The notes beneath the pieces are model-generated. The model was given only the letters and a program-made list of their open reading frames with translations, did not search any database and was not told the origin of the DNA. A DNA stretch of 46,577 nt from Octopus bimaculoides (lineage: Eukaryota), in the NCBI RefSeq assembly GCF_001194135.2, contig NC_068987.1, positions 59,191,773 through 59,238,349 on the forward strand, in the 5' to 3' direction. Both the position numbers and the translations under genes were made by a program. Shown piece after piece: positions 1 to 11,903 of this stretch (position 1 is the stretch's first letter; every line of letters starts with the position of its first letter).

Positions 1-29
1 CACACATATACATACATATTCGAGCAAGA

Positions 30-320
30 TCATTGCCAGTGCCGCTGGACTGGCTCCTGTGCAAGTGGCACATAAAATACACCATTTTGAGCATGGCCAT
101 TGCCAGTACCGCCTGACTGGCCCTCGTGCCGGTGGCACATAAAAGCACCCACTACACTCTCTGAGTGGTTGGCGTTAGGAAGGGCATCCAGCTGTAGAAA
201 CTCTGCCAAATCAGATTGGAGCCTGGTGTAGCCATCTGGTTTCACCAGTCCTCAGTCAAATCGTCCAACCCATGCTAGCATGGAAAGCGGACGTTAAATG
301 ATGACGATGACGACGACGAT
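30..320 (+). mobile_element. 3' UTR/tail of RTE-type LINE family (or SINE sharing the tail)
   Basis: 'gttggcgttaggaagggcatccagctg...ccatgctagcatggaaagcggacgttaaatgatgacgatg' tail. The same tail follows the RTE ORF end at 9910-10606. Confidence 0.75.
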
Positions 321-1004
321 ATGCATATATGGGTACAAGACGTCAACAAATGGGTAAACAACATAAAATATGAAAACAAGCAAGTTAAATATGCAAACAA
401 GAGAGGAAAATGGAATGCAGGACAAGTAACACCGAGAACGACAGTTGCTCCCATAAATTCCAAAATAGAATTTTGGATTTATGGAGGGTCAAAGTTGGGA
501 ACAAAAACAGGACAGTGGAGACATACAAGGAAACAGAATGAAAACAAATATGGAGGGTTGTTAGACCAGAATGAGAGGAAAATAGTGAACTCTTAGAGAA
601 GTATTTTCTTTGAAAATTGGAAAGATAGAAGAGGGAGAAAGAAAACGTCCAGTCCTTTGTACGTCGTGCAGGAAAGAAAGATTGTCATGTGAGGAAAACA
701 CAGATGGACGATGGTCACGTGTGAGTAACAAGAGAGAGAAAAAGAGAAAGAGGGAGAGAGAGAGAGGGACAGATAGAAAATGGTGAAGGGGAGAAAAAGA
801 GAAGTAAAGAAGGATGAGGGAAGAAAATAGTATAGAGGAGAGTCGCATCAAGAAGGTTAAGATAAACGTAGTTGGAAATGTGTGTGTGGCGTTCAATTAT
901 ATAATAATACAAACTAGCTGGACCCATGAAAAATTCACAGGAAGCAAAAAATGTAAGCATCTGTAAACTGTGTACTGGTGCCATGAGAAATATTTGTATA
1001 TTAT

Positions 1005-1160
1005 GACCATCTGTCTTTACGTTCTGAGTTCAAATTCTGCCAAGATCGACTTTTCCTTTCATCTTTTCGGGATTGATAAATTAAGTATCATTTGTGTACT
1101 GGGGTCGATCTAATCAACTGGCTCCTCTCCCCACAAAAAATTCAGGCCTAGAAAAGTATA
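1005..1160 (+). mobile_element. tRNA-derived SINE family B, partial
   Basis: 'ttctgagttcaaattctgccaagatcgacttttcctttcatcttttcggg' matches the copies at 37285, 40911 and 41137. Confidence 0.75.
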
Positions 1161-1438
1161 TTGTGAGGGTTACAGAATATAGAAAGTAATGTAAAACCAA
1201 TGACTATATAATCCAACCAAAATATCTCAGTTACACAAACGTAAATGGAATTACTATTTAACTTTAAAATACATCGTACATATTCAAAGAACCTTAATGT
1301 ACAAACTGAAATGCAAAGAACGAAATAATATATGGATTTATGAATGAAAGTTTGGTAATTGCGTTTATTTCCACCAAGCGACACTTATTGCAAACATTTT
1401 CTGACTAAGCTAAACTATACACATACACAAATACATTC

Positions 1439-1472
<34 letters not shown>

Positions 1473-1959
1473 CTTGAGTTGTAGCTGTAATTCAAAGAGG
1501 ACAGCCTTGTCATATTCTGTATGAGGCTGAATCTCCCTGAGAACTACGTTAATGTTATAAATGTCTGTGGAGTACTCGGACATTTGTGAGTTAATTTTAT
1601 CCTCGTGTGGTAATGAAAAGTGAAATTGACATCCAATATTTGCTGTGTGTATGTATCTATGTATGAACTTTTTGGGAATTTAAGTATCTACTGTCTCTCT
1701 CACTTTCTCTCTTTCTCTTTCACTTCTTTTGTGTCCCACTTCTCTCCTGCTTTTGATTTAACAATGTGTATTTGTATCTATGTATCTACTTCTCTTGTGA
1801 TATGATAAACATTTAAAAACACAAAATGAACGCTGTCACCACTCGCTGTCTCTTTCATTCTCTCTCTCACTCTTTTTATTTCTCTCTTACTTCCTCTCTG
1901 AAACATTTAAAAACACAAAATGAACGCTGTCACCACTCACCGTCTCTTTCACTTTCTAT

Positions 1960-2345
1960 GCAGTTTGGGGAGTTAGGTGGCCAGGTTTTTAGGGTTGATG
2001 TGGTTGCAGAACTTGTCTGACAGCCATGACTGGGCTCTCCTGCTTGTGTAGCATGGGGCAGAGTTCTGTTGCCAGACATAGGGTCTTCCAGCAGCCACCC
2101 TCTTGACCCAGGGCAACACTACTGCCTCCAGGTGCTTGATGGAGACCTCTGTGTTGAGTCTGAGGTTGTGTGGGAAGATGAATGGAGGCATAATATTGAC
2201 ATCACTAGTAACCACTCCAAATACCATGAAGTTGACTGGATGCTTGATTTTTATCACTCTCAGTACATGTTTTGGGGACATGGCAAGCCAAGATTTTTTC
2301 TCTGTGTTCACCATCTGATCCTGGTAGAAATTTTTCTCATCTGAG
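1960..2345 (-). mobile_element. Tc1/mariner DD37D (maT-like) transposase fragment
   Basis: Minus ORF MVFGVVTSDVNIMPPFIFPHNLRLNTEV...YVWQQNSAPCYTSRRAQSWL, then frameshifted WPPNSP. No TIRs seen. Confidence 0.8.
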
Positions 2346-2372
2346 GATGATGACATTAAAGGATGATGATGT

Positions 2373-2375
<3 letters not shown>

Positions 2376-2432
<57 letters not shown>
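2376..2432. repeat. (TA)n microsatellite
   Basis: Direct reading. Confidence 0.95.
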
Positions 2433-2437
<5 letters not shown>

Positions 2438-2598
2438 AGGTTTGGCTGTATGGTAAGAAGCTTGCTTCCCAACCACATGGTTCTGGGTTCAGTCCCACTG
2501 TGTGACCCTTGGACAAGTGTCTTCTACTATAGCCTCGGGCTGATCAAAGCCTTGTGAGTGGATTTGGTAGACAGAAACTGAAAGAAGCCTGTCGTTTA

Positions 2599-2629
<31 letters not shown>

Positions 2630-2850
2630 GTATCTATATATTTATGTGTATGTAGTTTTGTTTGCCCCCACCCCATCACTTGACAACCTATGTTGGTGTG
2701 TTTATGTCCTTGAAACTTAGCAGTTAGGCAAAAGAGACTGATAGACCGATAGAATAAGTACTAGGCTTACAAAGACTAAGTTCTGGGGTCGATTTCTTCG
2801 ACTAAAGGTGGTGCTCCAGCATGGCCGCAGTCAAATGACTGAAATGTGTA
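2433..2850 (+). mobile_element. tRNA-derived SINE family A, full length with internal (TA/TG)n
   Basis: tRNA-like head 'ggctgtatggtaagaagcttgcttcccaaccacatggttctgggttcagtcccactg'. Body shared with copies at 17268, 26865, 37680 and 44588; degenerate heads near 3220, 6715, 9200 and 13245. Confidence 0.85.
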
Positions 2851-2924
2851 AAAGAGTAACAGAGTATACACACACGTATATATATACACAGACATTAATG
2901 TGTCTTTCTATAATTTACTTGCAG

Positions 2925-3023
2925 AATACAATTTTTCTCATCGAATTGACCATTTTTCATTTGGAGAAATTGGTGCCAGATTTGTTCACCCTCTTGATGG
3001 AGAAGTAATGATCACAAAACAAA
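2925..3023 (+). CDS. ERGIC2: ERGIC2 internal coding exon (first of four visible); upstream exons lie outside the window
   Basis: Acceptor ttacttgcAG ends at 2924 and donor GTaaga starts at 3024. Encodes (x)YNFSHRIDHFSFGEIGARFVHPLDGEVMITKQ, matching the ERGIC2/Erv41 'YNFSHRIDHLSFG...PLDG' motif. Phase 1 at both ends. Confidence 0.92.
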
Positions 3024-3659
3024 GTAAGATTCCAATTATGTATTTTAATATTATCTATGAGCGTCTAATTAATATATTTCTTGTGTATGTCCTGATGTTT
3101 GTTTTTTTTTTTTCAATTGTTTGTTTATTTGAATTAACTATATACATATATATGTATGTATATATGCATGTATGTATGTATGTGTGTGTGTTTTGTTTAT
3201 AAGCATATTTATAGATAAATGCATGTTCTTATGTGGTTAAGAAGTTTGTTTCAAAACTACTTGATTTTAGGGGTTTGGTCCTACTGTGTGGCAATTATCT
3301 TCTGTTATAGCCTTAAGTTGAGTAGCACCTTTTCAGTGAAAACTGGTTGGTAGGAACTGTATGGAAGCTCACTATGTTTGTGTGTGTGTGTGTGTGTGTG
3401 TGCATGCATGTTTGGGCAGTGATGCTGATGTTTGTTTCCGTAAACAAAATGTCTGGCGGTACTTTAACATGTAAAAATTTGGAATAAAACTACCTTACTT
3501 GGAAAGCAAGTAAAAGGTTGGCATCAAGAAGGGCTTTCAAATAAGGTAGTTTATTCCATGTTTTTACCTGTAAAACTACTGCCAGATGTAAAAATGATGA
3601 TGACATGGCATCCCTCCTAACTCTGAATCTGATATATTATCCATGATATATAAAAAAAA

Positions 3660-3984
3660 TGGTAGCAAGAATGGATGAGGATAGCTGTGTGAAAAAGTGC
3701 CACACCCTAGCAGTTGAGGGAACCTGTGGAAGAGGTAGGCCCAGGAAGACCTGGGATGAGGTGGTGAGGCACAACCTTCGAACATTGGGCCTTACCGAGG
3801 CGATGCCTTCTGACCGAGACCTTTGGAAATATGCTGTGCGTGAGAAGACCCGGCAAGCCAAGTGAGATCTAAATCTAAGGCCTCAGCCAGTCCACTTATG
3901 CGTACCTTCCTTCATTGGACACTAAACTCCACTTGCGAAGACCTGTTGAGGCAAGTGAAATCAAAATCGAGTTAAATTCGATGA
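3660..3984 (+). mobile_element. RTE-type LINE, 3' end of ORF plus start of 3' UTR
   Basis: MDEDSCVKKCHTLAVEGTCGRGRPRKTWDEVVRHNL...DRDLWKYAV, the RTE C-terminal 'RGRPRKTW...DR..W' motif. Confidence 0.85.
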
Positions 3985-4384
3985 NNNNNNNNNNNNNNNN
4001 NNNNNNNNNNNNNNNNNNNNNNNNNNNNNNNNNNNNNNNNNNNTATATATAACAGGTAAAAATTATCAAAAATAATAATTTATACCATTGGCCAGCATGC
4101 GTAAAAAATTGTCCATAGACCATAAAATATCTTTATATATGTGTGTGATTGTGTGTGTGTGTGTAAATTACACACACATATATATTGCTGTCACTTGTTT
4201 TATTGGCTACAGAGGATTGAAAAGAAAGGTTAATTTTGCATAAATTTGATCTTGGGATCATACAGAGATGACACTAAATGTCATTAAACATTCAGTCCAA
4301 TAATTTACCACCTTAATGAGCATCACTTCTAAGATTTCTTTCATTCACACAAGTCTTCTAATTGACAATGATCGACTGAATCAA

Positions 4385-4900
4385 CCCTAGTATATATGAT
4401 CATCGTTTAATGTCCACCTTTTATGGGTGGGGTGGTTTGACAAGAGCCAGGCAGGCAGAAGCCTGCACCAGACATCTGTAACTGTTTTGGCAGGATATTT
4501 ACAGTTGGATGCCCTTCCTAACACCAACCACTCAGCAGAGTGGACTTNNNNNNNNNNTTTTAGTTAGATGCCCTTCCTAACACCAACCACTCAGCAGAGT
4601 AGACTTAATGCTTTTTACGTGGCACAAGCACAGGGGAGGTCAGTTTTGGCAAGGTTTTTTACTGCTGGATTCCTTTCCGAACACCAACCACTTTACAGTG
4701 TGGACTGGGTGCTTTTAAGTGGTGCTTGCACTGACAGGGTCACCAAGAGCTTGCAAGACAAAAAAATCTCTTTTGAGAGGGAAGTGGATGTTGGAGGAGG
4801 TGATCTTGTGTCAGATGATGAAAGGCTATAGTGAGACAGAGAGACAGAAACAGGTGTCTTGCTGAAGAGGAGGTACAAGGTTACCCAGCTGGAGAGAGAG
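4385..4900 (-). mobile_element. RTE-family 3' UTR remnant
   Basis: Reverse complement of the 'gttggtgttaggaagggcatc' tail motif, as at 170-200 and 10460-10490. Confidence 0.65.
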
Positions 4901-5261
4901 AGAGATCAGGAATGAAGACAGAAACAGGTGCACTGCCGCAAAGGAAATACAGAGTTACCCCAACTTGAGGGAAGTTTAGGGGAAGGAGAGAGAGAGTGGG
5001 AGACAACAGGATAAAGATGGTGGCAAAGTGCTAGGCATACATAAAATGGACAGGGATCAGAATATAAACAAGATGATTGTGTAAAGGACAAGAGAGATAT
5101 TGATGGTGGCAAATGCCAGGGTGTACCCTTGTGGTTCGAACGTCATAATATAAGTGGCAGGATATTTTGAGGAAGTGTGATTAGAGAGGGCGGAGGTGGG
5201 GTGGCGAAAACCTGGGTACATATAGTGTTGGGTGGGGGGGTACTGGATAGCAATGATACAG

Positions 5262-5620
5262 AGAACAGGATTGGGGAGTGAGAGGTAGGCATAGTGTGTG
5301 AAGGAGGAAATGTGAGAAAGAGAGGAGATGTAGAGATACAGATTGGTTTGTTGGGGTAGGGTGTGTGAAAAGTTTTCTTGTTATGTGTGGGTGGAACACA
5401 AACTTGGGGGCTAGCAGGTATCTGTGATACAGTGAGACAGGGCATGTGGAGAACAGTGATATAGTGGCACAGGGCCAAGAAGACAGGATTGGGGAGTGGG
5501 AGTTAAGCATGGTGCAAAAGGTGGAAATACAAGGAAGTGAAGAGATGTAGAGATGTAGTTTGGTTTGTTGTGTTAGAGTGTGTGAGAAGTTTTCTTGTTA
5601 AGTGTGGCTGGGACACACAG
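5262..5620 (+). repeat. Diverged direct duplication, period about 220 bp
   Basis: 'acaggattggggagtg...agatgtagagat...ttggtttgttg...agttttcttgtta.gtgtgg' occurs twice. Confidence 0.7.
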
Positions 5621-5679
5621 TGCTTATAAAACTCAGTTTCGCTGATGTGGATGGGTTTTCTCAAGAACCTCATATTGCC

Positions 5680-6245
5680 AGACATCTCAGTCCATTGTTA
5701 TTTCCTCCATGAGGCCCAACATCCTGAGAATGGTTCTTACCACTTCATCCCACGTCTTCCTGGGTCTCCCTCTCCTATGGGTACCACCTACTTTCAGTGA
5801 TTGGCACTTCTTTATGCAGCTGTCCTCATTCATACACATCACATGTCCAAACCAACATAGTCTTCTCTCTTGCATGCTACATTTGATTCCTCTTATGCCC
5901 AACTTTTCTCTCAATACATTTGCACTTTGTTGTACATGCACACTGATATTACACATCCAATGGAGCATACTACATACATTTCTTACCAGTCTATGCACGT
6001 CTTCTGCATTCAGAGCCCATGTCTCACTACCATGGAATATAGCCATTCACACACAAGCATCATACAGTCTACCTTTCACTTTGAGAGAGAATCTTTTTGT
6101 TGCCAGCAGATGTAGTAGCTTTCTCCACTCAATTCTTATTCTAGAAACAATACTTTCAGAGTATCCTCCACCATTGATAATTTGGTCACCTAGGTAACAG
6201 AAACTATCTAAGACCTCAAGAGAGCCCCTTGGGAGAATCTAAGTC
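5680..6245 (-). mobile_element. RTE-type LINE ORF 3' fragment
   Basis: Minus-strand LDSFCYLGDQI...HGSETWALNAEDVHRL...LREKLGIRGI...RLCWFGHVMCM...RGRPRKTWDEVV. Confidence 0.9.
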
Positions 6246-6571
6246 ACATGTGCTCTGAGTGCTTATTGTTCCTACACATCGTACTTTCTCACTTATTTTG
6301 TATTTCATGACATTTCACTTCATAACTTTTTTCCTACGAATTTTTGTTGAATGCAACTAATGATTCTGAATTCCTCATGCATTTTTCTATCATTTAAGCC
6401 TAAGAAAAGTATACTTTTATTTTAAAATAATTAATTGAAATAAATGCAGTGTATTGCAACATAAAAAATGGCAACAAAAGGGTGAAAACTGGGGTAACTT
6501 TTTTTGTTAATGTCTTTTTTTGCAAGAACTGTACCATTTGTAGTGCTAACCTTTGTTTATCTTTTTTTCAG

Positions 6572-6669
6572 ATTATCACATGTTCCAATATTTCATGCAA
6601 GTTGTTCCAACTGAAGTTCGCACATATAAGAACAACATGGACACTTATCAGTTTGCTGTTACAGCAAAG
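6572..6669 (+). CDS. ERGIC2: ERGIC2 coding exon
   Basis: Acceptor ctttttttcAG ends at 6571 and donor GTaatt starts at 6670. Encodes NYHMFQYFMQVVPTEVRTYKNNMDTYQFAVTAK ('MFQYF..VVPT' motif). Joins the previous exon in frame (a+at = Asn). Confidence 0.93.
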
Positions 6670-8912
6670 GTAATTTTAGTTTGCTTACAGTATAGAATTT
6701 TTTTATATATTGTGCAAGAGTGGATGTATGGTTAAGAAGTTTGCTTCTCAATCACATGGTTATGGGTCTTGTCTCACTGCATGGCACTTAGAACAAGTGT
6801 CTCCTATTATAGCCCCAGGTTGCCTAAATCCTTGTGAGTAGATTTGGCCAGCCCATTGAAAGAAGCCCATTGTATATATGCATATCTGTGTGTGTGTATT
6901 CGTTTAACGTCCACCTTTCATGCTAGCATGGGTTGGAATTTGTGTATGTAAATCTGTCCTTGTTCTTGGTTGTAAATAAATGTCACTGTCATGCAAGTGG
7001 TGTCATTTTCCAATCTTCTGCAAAAACATGTCTGGCCTTGGGGAAATATTACTTTGCTTGCAAACAACAGGTGAAGGTTGGCAACAGGGAGGGCATCTGG
7101 TCGTATAAAACCTGCCTCAATGAACTTCATCCAATCCATTCACGCATGAAACAAACATTAAAAACAACGATGTTGATGAGTTTATTTACAGCTTGTGAGC
7201 TAGGACATAGAGAATTGAGTGTCTTTGCCAGGGATGCAGTGCTGTTGATGAGATAAGAACTATCAATCCTTTGTTTAGCATGCTGACACTTTCCTGAGTT
7301 GATCAACTGCACTTCTCATTTATATACATACACACTCTCTTTTGTTTGTTTTTGGATGTTACCTGGAAGGTATGTTCTGGTATCTTGTCACAACCATATA
7401 TATATATATATATATATATAAGTTCAAAAAAACAATAAGAAAAAAACAACAAAGTGAGGACGTGATACNNNNNNNNNNNNNNNNNNNNNNNNNNNNNNNN
7501 NNNNNNNNNNNNNNNNNNNNNNNNNNNNNNNNNNNNNNNNNNNNNNNNNNNNNNNNNNNNNNNNNNNNNNNNNNNNNNNNNNNNNNNNNNNNNNNNNNNN
7601 NNNNNNNNNNNNNNNNNNNNNNNNNNNNNNNNNNNNNNNNNNNNNNNNNNNNNNNNNNNNNNNNNNNNNNNNNNNNNNNNNNNNNNNNNNNNNNNNNNNN
7701 NNNNNNNNNNNNNNNNNNNNNNNNNNNNNNNNNNNNNNNNNNNNNNNNNNNNNNNNNNNNNNNNNNNNNNNNNNNNNNNNNNNNNNNNNNNNNNNNNNNN
7801 NNNNNNNNNNNNNNNNNNNNNNNNNNNNNNNNNNNNNNNNNNNNNNNNNNNNNNNNNNNNNNNNNNNNNNNNNNNNNNNNNNNNNNNNNNNNNNNNNNNN
7901 NNNNNNNNNNNNNNNNNNNNNNNNNNNNNNNNNNNNNNNNNNNNNNNNNNNNNNNNNNNNNNNNNNNNNNNNNNNNNNNNNNNNNNNNNNNNNNNNNNNN
8001 NNNNNNNNNNNNNNNNNNNNNNNNNNNNNNNNNNNNNNNNNNNNNNNNNNNNNNNNNNNNNNNNNNNNNNNNNNNNNNNNNNNNNNNNNNNNNNNNNNNN
8101 NNNNNNNNNNNNNNNNNNNNNNNNNNNNNNNNNNNNNNNNNNNNNNNNNNNNNNNNNNNNNNNNNNNNNNNNNNNNNNNNNNNNNNNNNNNNNNNNNNNN
8201 NNNNNNNNNNNNNNNNNNNNNNNNNNNNNNNNNNNNNNNNNNNNNNNNNNNNNNNNNNNNNNNNNNNNNNNNNNNNNNNNNNNNNNNNNNNNNNNNNNNN
8301 NNNNNNNNNNNNNNNNNGTGTGGGATTGTGAGTGTTAGGTACGGGTGTGTGTGTGTGTTTATGTGTGTTTGCGCGTGTGTGTATATTTTTTGTGCGTGCG
8401 TGTATGTGTATATTGTGTATGTTTTCGTGCGTGCGTGTGTGTTATGTATGTGAGTGAGTCTTGTGTATGTGAGAGGTGTGTGCATGTGTGTTGTGTATGT
8501 GTGTGTGTGTGGTTTTGTGTATGTGAGAGGTGTATGTATATATATCATCATCATCATCAACAGTGTCTGCCTTCCATGCTGGTATGGGTGGGTGAGCACA
8601 TGTCTTAGTGGTTAGGGTGTTGTTATGATTGTGAAATTGTGGTTTTGATTCCCAGACCAGGCTTTCATTGTGTTCTTGACCAAAACACTTCATTTCATGT
8701 TGCTCTGCAATTGTTACATCATCTGACATATGGCATGTGGTAATGTCGATTTGATGGAGGCATTGAGCTTATGTGAACACAAATTATAAAAAAAATCACT
8801 ACAAGCAGTTCATCGCTGTGGTTTTTCTGCAAGAAATGACAGAGTTCAAGATATGTTTCTTAACTTGATAGTAGGTATTTGATATGCTTTTTCTTTGGTG
8901 CCATACTTTCAG

Positions 8913-9075
8913 AACCGAACCATTAATCATGAGAAAGGCAGCCACGGAGTCGCTGGAATCTTCATTAAATATGACATTGCTTCTTTAAAAATCCGCGTAC
9001 GAGAAGAACATAGACCTTATTGGCAATTCTTAGTCCGGCTTTGTGGTATCATTGGTGGAATGTTTTCTGTATCAG
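8913..9075 (+). CDS. ERGIC2: ERGIC2 coding exon (end of lumenal domain and start of second TM helix)
   Basis: Acceptor tactttcAG ends at 8912 and donor GTaaaa starts at 9076. Encodes NRTINHEKGSHGVAGIFIKYDIASLKIRVREEHRPYWQFLVRLCGIIGGMFSVS(G), matching ERGIC2 'INH..GSHGVSGIF.KYD...RLCGI.GG'. Confidence 0.95.
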
Positions 9076-9909
9076 GTAAAATTTTTCATGGAATTTATTT
9101 TATGATTTTCAGTTGTAACTGCTATACTACATTAATACCATGCTGACTCCTTTGTTAATGATGAAAGTTTATGTAGGCTTAATATATTTATTACTGTTTA
9201 GATTCTGCAGAGCTTGGTTATGTGGTTCAGAAGTTTGCTTTGCAACCATGTAGTTTCAAGTTTGATTTCACTGTACAGTATACTGGGTAGATGTATCATA
9301 GCTTTCCATGTAGAGTCTGTCGACCAAATTTCATGCATAAAGTTTTGGTCAATCTCAGGATATATTGTATTCTACTATCACTTTAGATTGATTAATACTT
9401 CATGAATGAAATTTTCTAGAAGGAATCTACAGAAGCCCATCATAAATATGTATATATTTGTGTGCATGGCTGTATGTAATTATGTATGTATGTGTGTGTC
9501 TGTGTGTAATCTATCTAATCTGTCCATCCATCCATTTATTTATTTATTTACTTAATTACCTTTACAACAAAAAGGTTGATAGTAATTTCAAAAATTTTGG
9601 CTTGCTTGCCTTCATCAGACTGTCAGCCTTTTCCTTGTATAAGTTAATAAATATGTACTCTACTAAAAAGTATTCAGTAATCCTTCAGTTTAATTTTAAG
9701 TTTTTTATATACAACTTGATATAAAAACAAACATCTATGTATATGTTATTAGCATTTCCAGTTTTAGACAGCCTGTCTTCATTGAAGGGTGCACCCATGT
9801 AAGCTTTAGAACAATGATTCCCAACGTGGTGCATATGCCCCACCAGGTGTGGGATCCCCAATTTTTTTTTTAGTGGGACATTGAATTGTGAAAATATCTT
9901 GTTTTCTTA

Positions 9910-10606
9910 GGCATCAGATGTGGTGTGCAAGAGAGACAACAACACTGGGATGGTTATGTGATGCATGTGGATGAGGACAGCTGTGTAAAGATGTGCTAAT
10001 CTCTAACTGTGGAGGGAACTTGTGGTAGAGGTAAACCTAGGAAGACATGGGACGAGGTGGTGAAGCATGATCTTCAAACTTTAGGCCTTACAGAGGTGAT
10101 GACTAGAGACAGACCTTTGGCGATATGCTGTGCTTGAAGACCTGTCAAGTCAAGTGAAATAGTAGTCGTGGTTGATGCTGGTGTCATGTAACTGGTACCC
10201 ATGCTGGTAACATGTAAAATGCACCTTTCAAGCATTGGGCCTCATGGAAGCAAAGTGGCTGATGCCAGTGGCACAGGAAAAGTACCTCTCAAGTGTTGGG
10301 CCTCATGGAGGCAATGATGAATGACTGAGACCTTTGGTAATATGCTGTGCTTGAGAAGAAGACCCATCAAGCCAAGTGAAATTGCAGTCATTGCAGATAC
10401 TGGTATCATGCAAATGGCACCCAAGCCAGGGGCACATAAAGGCACCCCATTACACTCTTGGAGTGGTTGGCATTAGGAAGGGCATCCAGCTGTTGAAACC
10501 ATGCCAAATCAGACTGGAGTTTGGTGCAGCCTTAGCCCTGGTCAAACTGTCCAACCCATGCAAGCATAGACAACGGACGTTAAATGATGATGATGATGAT
10601 GATGAT
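9910..10606 (+). mobile_element. RTE-type LINE 3' end (degenerate ORF end, repetitive 3' UTR, (GAT)n tail)
   Basis: 'ggtagaggtaaacctaggaagacatgggacgaggtgg' (GRGKPRKTWDEV), then a UTR ending 'cggacgttaaatgatgatgatgatgat'. Confidence 0.85.
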
Positions 10607-10990
10607 TGTGATTTTTTTTTGTACTCAGTACTTAATAAAAGAGTTGCCAGTAGATACTTTTGTATTAGATATTGGTGATAAAATATTAAAAATAAAGTTG
10701 TCTTTTTCCAAACACTGGTAGTGCATACATTTTTCTGGAAAGTTATAGTGGGGTCTGGGAGAAAATAGGTTGCGAAATATTGCTTTAGAACTTGAGAAAT
10801 ATGGTCCTTATTTTTTAGTCAGTACTGAGTTTGTTGATAAAAACTTGGTTTTGATAATTAGTGTATTGAGTGACTGAGTAGAAAGTGCACTTACTTACAC
10901 AAAGTCAGCGATTATAAATTACTTATGAAATTTTATCAAGTATTCTATTAACAGATGTCTGACATAATTCTTTTTTATTTCCTCTTTCAG

Positions 10991-11280
10991 GAATGTTTCA
11001 TGGCTTGTGTGGTTTCATTGTAGACCTAATCTGTTGTCGATTTTTGAAAAAGAACTCTAAAAATCAAGGTGATGAAAGTCCTTTTCAAGCCACACAAACA
11101 TCTCTACATTCTTTGAACCAGTTTCACTCTACAGTAACTTCACCTTTGAACATAGCTGCCACAGCAGGCAGTAATTTTCCAACACCTGTTTCTCTTGAAG
11201 CTGACATACCAGTGCCTCTGGTTCAAATGACCGTTCCTTTGCTCCCAGTTAATTCAGAACATTATCATCCAGAAGCATAA
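10991..11280 (+). CDS. ERGIC2: ERGIC2 terminal coding exon with stop codon
   Basis: Acceptor cctctttcAG ends at 10990; g+ga = Gly, then MFHGLCGFIVDLICCRFLKK...HYHPEA*. Matches ERGIC2 'GMLHG...IVEIICCRF'. TAA ends at 11280. Confidence 0.92.
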
Positions 11281-11401
11281 TTGCTGAATGAATGAGTTGC
11301 AAGTTGATTATAAAATATACTGGAAATCTCAACCTGGTGTCTAGTCTCTTATGTTACCTACGGATGTGTAAATGTGTGTGCATGTTAGCATGTGTAGACT
11401 T

Positions 11402-11730
11402 GCATGGCTCAGTGGTTAGAGCATCAGGTTCACAATCATGAAGTAGCAAGTTTGATTCCTGGACTGGGCTGTGCTTTGTGTTCTTGAGCAAGACACTTTA
11501 TTTCACGTTGCTCCAGTTCATTCAGCTGTAGAAATGAGTTGCGACGTCACAGATGCCAAGCTATATCGGCCTTTGCCTTTCCCTTGAATAACATTGGTGG
11601 CATGGAGAGGGGAAGCTGGTATGCATGGGTGACTGCTGGCCTTCTACAAGCAACCTTGCCCAGACTTGTACTTTGGAGGGGAACTTTCTTGATGCAATCC
11701 CATGGTCATTCATGACTGAAGAGGGTCCTT
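11402..11730 (+). mobile_element. tRNA-derived SINE with CORE-like central domain
   Basis: Head 'tggctcagtggttagagcatcagg...gtttgattcctgg' (A/B-box-like), then 'gtgttcttgagcaagacactttatttcacgttgctccagttcattcagctgtagaaatgag'. A similar degenerate copy is at about 8605-8770. Confidence 0.75.
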
Positions 11731-11903
11731 CCTTCTATGTTCAAATATGTATGTACATATATATATGGGTAGATGTGCGTATTATGTACATATGTGTGTA
11801 TATGCATATGTATGTGTGTTTATATATTTGTATGTGTGCGTACATGTGCTTAGATGTATATATGGATGTTTGTCTATGGGCATGCACGTGTGGTGTGTAT
11901 ATA

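Noticed and set aside
321-596. 91-aa ORF upstream of the first visible ERGIC2 exon
   Set aside because: No similarity to the expected upstream ERGIC2 sequence and no family recognised; purine-rich low-complexity DNA.
1807-1950. 94-bp-period direct duplication; similar short duplications at about 16975-17040, 22870-22950 and 34880-34950
   Set aside because: Ordinary local slippage duplications with no further structure.
4505-4610. Direct repeat gatgcccttcctaacaccaaccactcagcagag on both sides of a 10-N gap
   Set aside because: Most likely an unmerged contig overlap, or the internal repeat of the RTE UTR.
7342-8599. Very long ORFs in the supplied track (also 22078-23027, 30318-31756, 42392-43127)
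   Set aside because: They are artefacts of N gaps and microsatellites translated as X or dipeptide repeats.
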